64,000 bases of DNA from Botryllus schlosseri (Eukaryota), in the NCBI GenBank assembly GCA_051294905.1, contig CM119375.1:24552001-24616000 (forward strand), in the 5' to 3' direction. Below, piece by piece: positions 1-12,800 of the stretch. The translations under genes and the position numbers were made by a program. Under the pieces are notes generated by a model. That model was not told the origin of the DNA. It ran no database searches and saw only the letters and a program-made list of their open reading frames with translations. Position 1 is the stretch's first letter. The number at the start of each line of letters is the position of its first letter.

Positions 1-838
1 TGCGTTATCATCAAGGACTTTGACAACTCTTGCAAGTGAATACAGTTTGATGGAAGCATCTGACAAGTGCCCAACATAACCCGCTGATTCAGCCGATCCT
101 TAGAGCTTTCAAAACTTCAACTATGTACTACAGCCTGAGCTCAATAAGATCACACAAATTATAGTGTCATTGCTAAGCTTTATATATGTATTCAATACTT
201 ATATATCCTTTCTGAAACTAGGAATCCGTCGCCACTTGCATAAGCGCCTATGCTTTCCCTCGTTGAAAACAAGGCATAGGCTGCGGCGGCTTCCTTCACA
301 ATAAAGCAGTCATGCTTTAGACGTTTTTGTGAAGCAGCCGTTGTTTGTTCATCATGTATTTCGTACCTCAAAATACCCTGAATCAATCATAAATCATTAT
401 CTGTCCGCCTACATACAATGCGCTTTCAGAATCGCCGCCGGTAGCAGACTCCTTGATCACCTAATCAGCAAGCTGCTGCTGTCGTGGTCATTGAAGCATA
501 GCCGATTAGCCAATCAAGAGCCGTGGTTTCGTGATTACTAGTCTTCTCGCCGTCCTATGGTCGGTGGCACGCCCGTTCTTCGGCAGCTACTTTCAAATGC
601 TTTGCACGAAATCTTAACGGCCTTCTTGTGAGCTTCATTCAGGCTCAGTGTCGTTTTTTATCAATAATCTATAGAATAAGACATTACAACGGGGGATTTG
701 TAAGATTTTCCAAATTTTGGACAACCCTAACGTACACGCTGAGTGACCCAATTCGCCCAGGAAAGCAGGCCTAACTCCAATAACCCATGAGCAGCGCAAT
801 TCAAGTAGCCGATGATATCAACTTCGAGAATCGCATAC

Positions 839-3800
839 CTGCTGGTGGTGGGCTGATAATTTGACCACCCATATTTTTCCGTTGCATCCGCGGACTTCCA
901 CGTGGGCTACGGTCTGCAAAAGAACATTCTGCATTTACAAGGACATATTATTAGAATTGAAGCAAGACTATGCTACATCAGTGATATCGTTATCGACAAA
1001 AAAATTCCGATATCGATATCAGTTGAAAACTTCCGATATAGGTAAGGGTCTAATTATATTCATAATCTTGATTTGTATAATTCAATATGTAAAGGAAACT
1101 GTTCAATTGTGAACATATGGCTAAAAGGCTGTGCTAATATCAACATAAATTGTAATTACGTCATCAATTTGAAAGACGAAAGGTTTGCACCATTGGCAGC
1201 TGATTACATGCCAGGGGATATGACTCACAGGAAGGAGCATAATGCATACAAACTGGAACAGAATGCAATTACGAATTCGGACACATCTGGCCGGCATGAC
1301 ATCAGTAAAACATTGCCATGTCAAATATCAGCAAAACACATGCGACCACACAAATGATGGATTGGACACCGGGCTCCAGGCACAGCATACCAGCACGACA
1401 AACTGAAACGCCCAGTAACACACGACACCTCACTCATACGTGCGTCATCAATTAGCTGCATTGTCCATGTACGGTACACCAATTTAAACATAATTTGGAT
1501 TCGCAGGACATCGCAAGGCTTCACACATTTATTTAATAACGCTACAGAGCTATAACCATTAACCAAGTAGGCTTACATTCAATGTAAATCATCACAAATA
1601 AAGCTGTAGGTGTTTATTAAATGACGTCAGTTCTACCTCAAATTGAAGAGAATTTGGTATTTTTATGACCCTACTATTTCAATGCACTTAGTAGCAATGC
1701 TATCACAGGAATGTCATGTCGACTGATGTGCGAATCTTTGTACTATATGTTTCGTATGCTGTGATTCGACCAATTGAAGATTCAAAGTTTCAACAGTGGG
1801 AAACTAGCATCGAAACCGTACTTATCGCTATAAATTAACTCTTTATTATTTTAGTAGGCTACCACAAAAAATCATAACTCACCACTGGCAAAGTAGAAAT
1901 TCGGGTTTCATATCTACACTCTACAGTTAAATAAACGGCTCTCAATGCTGATGGCTAAGAGAAACGGCTTTTCTGCCATCCGAAACTTGAGTATGCTGTA
2001 CCAAGTAAAGTGGATAGCCTATATTCCAAGTTTTGTTCACATACCCGAGTGTCCTCGTACTGGGCTTGTGTCGCGACTGCCTTGCGGACTGACAAGCGGA
2101 GACACGCTAAATCTTGTGTTTTGCTGCCATCCGTTCTTGCCTGTGACGAATTTCTTCCTAGTTGGCATCGGGCTGTTTTCTCTTGAACTGGTAGGGAATT
2201 ATTTGGTTACGTTGAAGATAATACAAGCATTAAAAGTGTCTTTACAGTGGGATACCAAAATGGCACAGTGGTCACTCTGTTTTATATCTTGCATAATATA
2301 ACATTGCATATCATATCGCACTTTTTGAAAATCTTTGCTGTAGCTGCAGTTGTTTTCACGTGAACAACTTCCTGGAACGATAGTGGGCGGTGCTAATAGC
2401 CAGCAGCTCAAAAATAATAGTAAGAGATATCAGCTGGGTGTAAAATGACAAATGTAGCATATATTTGCAGTGCATGGTCAACCATAGCCCTTGATTTAGC
2501 AAAATCGTATCAACACAATACCGAAGCTCTAAATATCATGTGTTCTATATAGAAAGATAAAATGCCGACCTTTTAAAGACTATTCATCTAGCTACAGAAA
2601 TACACATTATAAATAGAGCAAAGGAGCAGCCGGATAGAATTTCTCACAAAACATAAGCTGTATTCCATGAATTGCAGACGTATGCCTTACCTTGTGTAAG
2701 GGGATTCATCGTTACTGTCGTATCCTTCTTTATTCTTTCCTAGAGCTTTCTTCGGGTTCCGTCCCGAGCCTAGCAGGCTGAAGGACTCCGTTAATTCTTC
2801 CTCGCGAGCGATTCTGGACAGGGTCTTGTAGGCATTCTGCAAGAGTTTCGATGCTGGTGTTCAAATTGAATAACAATAGACTGCGTTGAATTTTCTGCAT
2901 AACTGTGAAGGGAATTCCATGCCGTAGCCTACTTCAGAAACGATGTGTTTCATGTGCCATTAGTCAGTCACAATTACCCTCAGTACGCCTATATCAGCAA
3001 TTCTTCAACAGGGGTCACCACCAACTATTTACTGGTGATTTCGAAGAGGTAGCCTATATGGAGAATTTCAATGGTATGGACTGGAATTGGAAATCGGAAT
3101 GACCAATACAATAACCTGTAGTAACAAATGTTATACAGGAGAGACAATACTATAATCACCTAGTTCATCGAGTCAACCCTGTGTGCAAAAGGTCATACCA
3201 TAAGAGTCATACCATAAGAAATAGGTCCTAGAAATCAAGGCTGATGCAAAATCGTATTTATTTGGTGGAAATTAACCCAGCTACAACATCGCACCACGTT
3301 AGGTCATGTGCGTTGTCATTACTGCAGATTGCATCATCATGACTGATACGATTTCATTTCATATCGAAACTGCTTAAACATAAATTTAATTGCCCGAGGT
3401 AAAACACTACTCAAGATATACTGCTGTGAGGCAGGGATATCGTGTATGGCAATGTCCTAATCTAGCCGCTGATTGCTCTTGATCCGTTGAGCTTTGAGCC
3501 GATTTATTCCAAACACAAGCTCATGGTCTATAGGTAGTAAAAAGTGGGCAATAATTACGATCATTTATTTTTAAACATGGCAAATGTCCTATGTTGATAT
3601 CTTGTGAAGATGCAGTTTATAAATCCAGCGTGAAGCTAGGCCTATTATGATAGAGCAGGTACAAGCTTGAGCATTCAGTTTGGGATAATCATACACCATA
3701 GGAATTAGGCAATTATACATCCTGTAGCAGTGGTTTATTAAGATTCACAACACACAGACCACTCACTGCATGGCATCAAGCAGTGTCCCGCCCCCTATTG

Positions 3801-6800
3801 TCGTGTCAATGGCTACAAATTGTCCCGACAATTGCTTGCAAAAGGGTCTTCAGGCACCCTTTTCCAATCATCATTGAGCCGCTAGTGCAGTGCTCCAAAA
3901 ACTCTTTCTACTATGACACACTTTATTAGCATGTCAAGTTGCATATTGAACATTTCAACCACAACACACCTATTGTCACCTCGCGACACACCCTCGTGGA
4001 GCACTCCCAAACCTCTGTATTGGGAGGCTGAGATTTATGGTTGAAAGCACTGATAGTGGAAGGTGGATTATGTTGAGAGATTACTCAGGAAATACTCCCA
4101 CTTGTAGAGTTGGACTAGGTAATAGAAAATTCTCAGCCTTTCCAATTAGATCGGTATTAGGATTATAGCTGCTGGCTGGGCATTCTTTTTTTCCAAATTA
4201 GAATTAGACTATCTAACTAGAATTGAAATTACCGATTCCGCAAACAATTCAATTTTGGCTCGGAAATAAATACGACAATATCAAATTCAGTCCATATCAA
4301 ATCAAATCACAGTCCATCCCCGTAGGCATGAGAATCACCCACCTTGGCTCATTTCACACTTATACAGTGCTCCATTTTTAGGAAACCAGACATTCGATTA
4401 AAATTAATATTGCAGTGTAGAAACATTTCCTAAGTTAGACTAGAATTAGATTACTTTCGCTGGCAGCATTATGTAAGTAGTCCAAGTTTACCCACTTCCT
4501 GTTGTGAAATATCACATGGTATTGATCACCAAATAGCACAAGAACCACACAAATTGATCTATATCCCAGAATACTTCCACAATTCACAGGTCACCACTCA
4601 AATCAAATGAAGCGCAACAATTTTCAATCAACATACCTGCGCTCCTTCCGTAGTCTCAAATTCAATGACGACGCAAAGGCTCTGCCCCAACTCCGGATGT
4701 TTTGTGATATGATTACGTAGGTCCATCGGCACTTCTGTGCCAGCTCGAATTATGCGAACCGTCGTCAACTGGCCGTACTCCTGGAATTTTTCCGAAACCT
4801 ACAAAATAATGTGATTTAGCATGTGGATCCTGAGCAAAAAGTTACAGTACACAGGCACAATGAGCATACAAATTTCAATACAGAAGCCATCCATATAGCC
4901 TACCTTGGTTACAAATATCCACACACACCAAACGATTTCATTATCTGTTACAACTTGAAGACAATTGGCCTTTTATGTTGAATGCTGGGTATTATGGTTA
5001 ACTAGTTATTCTTGTCGTTATGAACTCTGATTGAGTCTAACAATACTTTACAATCCCAGTACCATTCAGACATAGGAAATTGTAATCAGGATATATCTTG
5101 TCCAATCTTTAAATGTTCTTAGGGTGTGAAGCAGTAGAAATCAGAATTGCTCTCAAGAGCAGAGGAATGTGGAAAAACTAAATGGCCCATGACGTGAATG
5201 GTAATGTAAGAGGAGTGTCTCTCAACCCCCAACAAGTTAGTTGGCCCTTACCAGGATGGATTTCAGATATTATGGAAAACATGAAATTTATAATCTAGGA
5301 ATTCTGTACAAATTGTCATCGAATTGTTTTCGATATAGGCCTAGCTAGTTTACGGTATGGATGTTTATTAGGGCTCTTCACTTCAAAAATGATTTTTTTT
5401 TCTCAAATCGCTCTGGCTACTTGATAAAATTGTTAGGTTACCTAATTTAAGCCTACATGCAAAATTTGGTTCAATTCCAACGAGTAACCGCTTTGCTACA
5501 GAAGAAAGTTTCTATTTATTATATAAAAATAAATACGGTAATAAAAAATTTGAAAATTTTCTGTTCACCCCATGAAAGTGTTAGGCTGTCTATAGAAACG
5601 ATGCTCACCAAATTTGGTTTAAATCCAACCAGTGGAAGTGAATTTATTGCCGTCAAAAAATTTGGATTTGAATAAATTAGTATTTACGGTGACCGATTCT
5701 TTCTTTATTTATTATAGTTGAGTTCACTGTAAATACTATTTTATTCAAATCCAAATTTTTCGACGGCAATAACTCCGCATCCACTGGTTGGAATTGAACC
5801 AAATTTTGTGTGTAGGCTTAAATTAGGTAACCTAACAATTTTATCAAGTAGCCAGTACGATTTGAGAAAAAACGTCATTTTTGAAGAGCCCTAATGTTTA
5901 TATTCTATGACTCACCACCTTGATAGATAAGATTATCAAGATCGCCGGCAGAGAGCCGAAGTCTAAATGTTGGCTACATGAAAATATTAATAGGCTATCC
6001 ATCTCTCATGAATATCATCTTACTAAAACGCCAAATTGTCCAGTATTGGGTAGGGTATGACTATCAGTCACAATTAGCGCCTCGCCATAAGCGAGAAAGA
6101 AAGTGTGATTTGTTACCTTATTTAAGAATTCGCCATCTCCGTAAGGCTTTGCTTGACGGTCACATCACGAATGTATTCAGTACAGATTTGTGAATAGATA
6201 GCTTGCAGATCAGTTGTAAAAATTGGTTTTCACGTACCAATCACCACTACAAATTTGTAATAATTTAATGGGCCTTGTACCGTGCGACACTGTGTGCTTA
6301 AATGTGGCACGCTTACTAAAAGGCTGCACACACACCCTATATGACAGCTAGGCTGTCTTTCCAATGTTAACAAATCAATTTCAAACTGTGCTGAGCATGG
6401 TAGGAAGCAAAGTAGGTAGCAACTGATAATTGAAAGACAAGTGTAAGTACAGTTTGATGCCCTGTCAATGTTACCTGCTCATCATTGAGTCACATATTCA
6501 AATCTCTGTTCTGGGAAATTTTCTGGTTCACTATCAACTTCTGTTTTGAATGCGCGTAGGCCCTACATAAAAAGGCTAACTCTTCGGTTATGACTGAAAA
6601 TGGCATTGAACTAGATTGAACCCGACTGGATGTATTTCGCTACCCTAATTTTTCAATCACAAAAAAAAGCGCATCTGTGGCCAAATTTCCTAACAGAAGC
6701 TATGAAAAATATACCTGACCTACCTTCTCTACGGACGGTTCCGATTGGCCATCACCCAGTTTATACAAGACTGTCTTTATCGACGTTGTGGGCAAGTCAA

Positions 6801-9800
6801 TTTCTGGAAGCGGTTCTCTTCTACGTAGCTTCGTGCCCTGGCAAATATTCAAAATAATGCTCAATTACAGATAAGATGAAGTCAAATAGCATAAGCATGA
6901 TCAATACAGAGTAAGAAAATTTGGAAGCTTTCAGTTTTTTACGTATTAGATTAGAATTAAAATGAGAGAATAGCAGATATTTCGCAAATTACCTTAGAAT
7001 TAGATTACCGACATTTCGCTTCAATTATTCTTAGTTTTAGACAGCTCAAGGTTATCTTGTTGTTTAAGTCTGGATTAAATGCTTCTGCAATTGGACTCAC
7101 GATCCGGTTGATTTCCAGTTTGTCCGATTTCAAGACGGCGTACGCGGTCATACGCCAGTCTTTCGAGTGGTTCTTGATCTTCTTGAAACTTGTGAGGAGC
7201 TTCACCGACACGTATCCCTGCTTATTTCGTTTCACATGCTTCAGCAGGAACTTATCCTTAAACGGACATATTCATTGTGTTATACGAAGGGGTAGGCTTA
7301 ACGAGGAGAACATGAAAGTTAAGGTGTATAACGGAAAGGTAACGTTGGTGATGTCAGTAACATTCATGACATACTAATTACAAGTTTTCAATTCAACATC
7401 ATAGGGGGGGATGGGGGAATTTGAGTATATTTTCAAGTTTGAGCAGCTGTCATTTTCATAAACAGTCAAATAAAAAGGTGGCTGGTTGATATTTGTTACA
7501 TTGTATGGTTGAATTTTCGGTTGCAAATGAATTGAAGATTCAATTTGCTCGCAGTGGAAAAATATTGTGATTTTTTTTTTACAAATTCGTATACTCAATT
7601 TACCCCAATTTTGTGGGAAAATTGAGTATACTGTCTAAATTGTACTTGAAGCAAGCCTTATCCCCACGTTATACCCAAATGACCCATTGTATGGGAAAAC
7701 TGAGTATATTTACATGTTTTTAAAAAAGAAACTGGAACAAGATCTCTTATTGTTGTTTAAAGAGAAACTTTTTTAGGAGGAACAGCAGAACGAAATAATT
7801 AGATGTCATAGTTTCACTACTTGTTTGGATTCAAATCAAATTTGACAACCCCTCTTCTTTCTGAAATTGGTGCTTTCACTTTGAAAATTACTTCATTGAA
7901 TGAAATGGAAAATATTCTCAACATGAAATTGATGTCATCAATGTTTCAGGGATAGGAAAATATGCAACCCGTTGGTTGAAAAAATTATGTTCAAATGTTT
8001 CACCGCCACCCATCATATTTTCCACCTGCCCCAGAAACTTTGTCTGTCTGTATTGTATAACGAGCCAATCAAACTCGTTGATATCCCTTCTCTTTCTGAA
8101 CTGTTTCAAATTCCCCAAGTCCATCTCAGAACTGTACTTAGAGTGGCCACTTCCTCCTCATAATCGTCACTGACCACAACATCATTGCTCTTGCGTTTTA
8201 GCTTTCATACATTCTCCTCATCTTAAAGTCTGGTCATGCTTTTTTCTGATGTCAGCACCTCACCAGTTATGGCCTGATCAAGTGAACATGCCTTCTTTTG
8301 GCATTATGACTAGCTAAATAATTTCTTGATTCTCTTTTCATTATTTGTGAGACTACTGTGTAGTAATTGCCCGAGTCAAACTTTTCATCTAGTCACTTTC
8401 TTCGACCGATTCTTGCTCTTGTGGCTACAATTTTCTGTGTTGCTCTAATTAACTTTGTTATGAGTGCTTCATAGGGAATCCCAGACTCTATTATAACAGC
8501 TCTTTTCTGTCTTACTTTCTTTGATGGCCTGATCAAATTCATGTGGTGCATATTTAGGGGTTCGCTTCTTCTCATAATACCTGAGCTTGTCTGTTATTGT
8601 TTTAACTCTCTAATTGTGTAACAAAATCAGAATAACAAGATTCAAAAGAGTATCTACAACCTCTCTGATGACAGTGCAACAAAAAAAGTTATCATTTAGT
8701 AGTATACTCAATTTAACCCACCCCTAATTTATACTATACCCGAATCACCCCAAAAAAATATTCTTCAAATTAAAACTTACTCTTACCACCATCGACAAAA
8801 TGCATTGCCATACCTTGTAGCATGATCACCTATCACAAACTTAAGCAATATTTGGATATGCAACAACCATTTTTATGCTGTCTGCAAAGAAGTTGAAAAG
8901 TGGTGTCAAAAATGGAAAAAAAATTTACAAACTTTCAATTCCACGTGGAAGCTATAATCGGCCTTTGATAGAAATGGTTATTAGTCTTATCTAGAGCTTA
9001 CATAGTGAGCTAATGAATGAATGCAGAACTGCGGAATTTAAAGCAGATATGTTGAGAAAGCAAAAGTTTTTGTCGAATGTACTCAAATTCCCCTACCTAC
9101 TCAAGTTCCCCCACCCCCCCCTATACCATCAGACGATACTAAGCAAACCCTTCTGTCTGTTATTCAAAACGGTAGCTTAATGTGTCAGTGAAGTGTCTCG
9201 TGAGCCTTTTTCTTGGGCAGACCATGCTACGATCTTTTGACTGGTGGGTCAGATCATGTCAAGTGATCCAAGCCATATCCCCCACCATCTCGAGCCGACA
9301 TGAAAATTGGCATGATTACAGAGCTTTGTTTTCTGATTTCAGAAAAACAAATTTTGTGAAAATCGGTCGAGCACAACCGAAGATGTGGCCATTCAAAAAT
9401 TGCAGTTTTTGTGATCGCTCAAGCGGAAAAAATGTCCGAAATTTACACATGTAATTGAAATTTGCTATATTTTGGTCAAATTGAGGTTGTTGAGGGTGAA
9501 ACTTCCACACTTGGTCATTTACATCCTACTTGATACTTTGCCCCCTTCTTTGACACCTGGGGTAGCATAGTCTGACCTTTAACCCCGTGAATCTGTTAAT
9601 GTCTTCAAAAATCACTCATGTGTGACGTCATATTTAATTGCAAATATCTTTTGGCTGAGAGGTGATGTCATCAAGTGTTAGGTGTCATTGGAAAGCTCTT
9701 GACAAGGACTTTCAAAATCAACAATAACTTTCCTCGCTAAAGAATCATTATATTAGAAAAATTTGTTGTAAAAAAGTGTTGAAAAAATATTTGTATTTTG

Positions 9801-12800
9801 AAATGTTATTACAATTTTACTTTTACAGGCTGCACGGTATTGGATTAAGACTTATGTTTGTAGTATGGATACTTGTAGTATAGGCTCTGTTTTGGAAGCT
9901 GTTTGTCACATAAAGGCCTACCGATATCAAAAGCAAAAATTAGTGTCACTGGATGATCTAAATGATGAAGAACGAGAGCTTCTGAAAATCCGGGTTGGAG
10001 CAGAATGCAACATCAAGAAAGAAAATCTCGGAAATTTTTGGAGTAAGTGAAAGGTTAGTGAGACATGCGAAAGAGCAACGAAAAGACAATGGAGTTTTTT
10101 CTTTACCACCACCACGAAAAGGGAAGATGCTTTCAGATGAAACAATTGAAACAGTTGTGAAGTTTTTTGAAAACAACGAACACAGCAGGTTGATGCCAGG
10201 GATGAAAGACCGAGTTAGCATTAAAAAGAAGGTGTATAAACAAAAACGTCTACTTTTGTGTACTCTGAAAGAATTGTATACCTTGTTTAAACAGCAAAAC
10301 CCGCATGTGAAGATTGGATTCACTAAATTTTGTGAATTGAGGCCAAAATGGTGTGTTAGTGCAGGATCATCTGGAACACATGCAGTATGTGTCTGCACCA
10401 TACATCAAAACGTTGTTCTTATGTTGCATGCTGCCCACATTGAAGAAACTTATAAAGATTTGCTTCAATTGTCAGTCTGCAATATTGAAAACAGAGACTG
10501 CATGCTGCAGCGTTGTTCGAACTGTCCCGGATTTGAACCAGTTCAGGAATTACTCAACTCAAAATTTGAAGATGTGGATGAACCAATTTCTTTCAAACAG
10601 TGGGTGTCAGTTGACCGAACTGATCTTATAACTCAAACCTTATCAGTAACTGAGTTTATTCAATTATTATTGAAAAGGCTTGCGAATTTAGCACCACATC
10701 ATCACATTTCGCATTCAGTCTTTATATTTGAAAAAACGTAAACAAGATATGGATCATCAAACAGCTCTTGTATTAATGGATTTTGCAGAAAATTACTCTT
10801 TCCACATTCAGGATGAAGCTCAGGGGTATCATTGGACCCACCGAAGTTGCACTGTGCACCCAGTAGTTTGCTACTACAAGTCTGCAAGCAATGAAATTTT
10901 GCATTTTAGTCTCTGTTTTCTATCCGAAGAGTTGTTGCATGATGCAGTCATGGTTTATTTGATTCAGCGTAAAACAATTCAAGTTCTCAAAGCAACAATT
11001 CCCGATTTGGACAATATTGAATATTTTAGCGATGGTTGTGCTGCGCAGTACAAAAACAGAAAATCTTTTTACAATTTGTGCAAGCACAATGATGACTTTA
11101 AAGTGGACGCCGCTTGGTCCTTTTTTGCCACCAGCCATGGTAAATCGCCATGTGATGGAGTTGGTGGCACTGTCAAAAGAGCTACAGCAATGGAAAGTCT
11201 GAGACGCCCACTGAATGATCAGATTTTGAATGTGGAAGGAATGATGTCTTATTGCGTGCCAAATCTTCAAAAAATAAAATTTATAAATTTGCTCAAAGAC
11301 GAATTGGATGCTACAAAATCTTTTCTGGAAACTCGATTTCAGCTCGCAGCCACAGTCAAAGGTACTCGAGCCTTTCATCATTTTAGGCCATTGTCATCAA
11401 CAAAGCTAGGAGCAAAACGTGTCAGCCAAGATGAGCACTATGCGTTGGAAGTTGAATTGAATGAAGACTCTGAAAACCAAGAACACATCCTTCAAAGTGA
11501 AATTATTCAAAACCAATTTGTATGCGCGGTTTATGACAAAAAGTGGTACATTGGCATGGTCATAGAGTTGGATAAGCTAAACAACGATGCTTTGGTTAAC
11601 TTCATGCACCGTAAAGGTCCATCTCTGTTTTTTCACTGGCCACAAAATAAAGACTGTTGTTGGACACCATTCCAGCACATTTTGTGCACAGTAGACGTTC
11701 CTTCTTTAGTCAATAGTCGGGGACAGTATGAACTGTCAAAAGAATCAAAAGTGAAAGTGGATCGAGGTTGGGAAAAATATCATAAAAGATAAATGTATCT
11801 GATGTGTGAAAAGTAATCATCGCTGCACAATATAAAAACTACAAAACCCACAGGACATTGATGTTTATTGTCATGCTTAGCGCTGATTGTCACTCAAATC
11901 TATTGTGTAGACACAAAAAATATTGTATCTCATCATTGTGTTAATTTGGAATTCTTATATGTTTATGAAGTATTTTGTGTATTCACCACAAACTGTGCAG
12001 CAAAAATTCCTTCAATATTTGAAAATCGGTTTGTTCTATAAGTACGCAATGTGAGAATTTTTCATTAAAACATGCTATTTGCAGGTTAGTTTCATTGCAC
12101 TCTTACGGTGTGTAATGGTTCTTTAGCGAGGAATGTTATTTTTGATTTTGAAAGTCCTTGCCAAGAGCTTTCCAATGACACCTTATACTTGATGACACCA
12201 CGTCTTAGCCAAAAGATATTTGCAATTAAAAATGGCGTCACACATGAGTGATTTTTGAAGACATTAACAGATTCGCGGGGTTAAAGGTCAGACAATGCAA
12301 CCCCAGGTGTCAAAGAAGGGGGCAAAGTATCAAGTAGGATGTAAATGAACAAGTGTGAAAGTGTCACTCTCAACAACCCTAATTTGACCAAAATATAGCA
12401 GATTTCAATTACATGTGTAAATTTCTGACATTTTTTCCGCTTGAGCGATCACAAAAACAGCAATTTTTGAACGGCCACATCTTCAGTATTACTTGACCAA
12501 TTTTCATAAAATTTGTTTTTCTGAATTCAGAAAGAAAAGTTTTCTAAGCATACCAATTTCCATGATAATCTGAGATGGTGGGGGCATAAATTGAAATTTT
12601 TCTGGATCACTTGACAGTTGACATGATCTGACCCTGGTTGCTTGAACCCCCTAACCTTGCAATTTAGGAAGCTGGCAACTAAAAAATAAATTATCACTTC
12701 CGTCATGGCCTCACATTGCCATCTGGTCTTGTGGTTGCCTAAAAGCTACCTGATGATGAAAAAAATAACAAGGATGTTTTTTTAAAATAGGGGCATATAT

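Noticed and set aside
9958-11381. Antisense ORFs 9958-10401 and 10920-11381
   Set aside because: Shadow frames of the Sola2 transposase.
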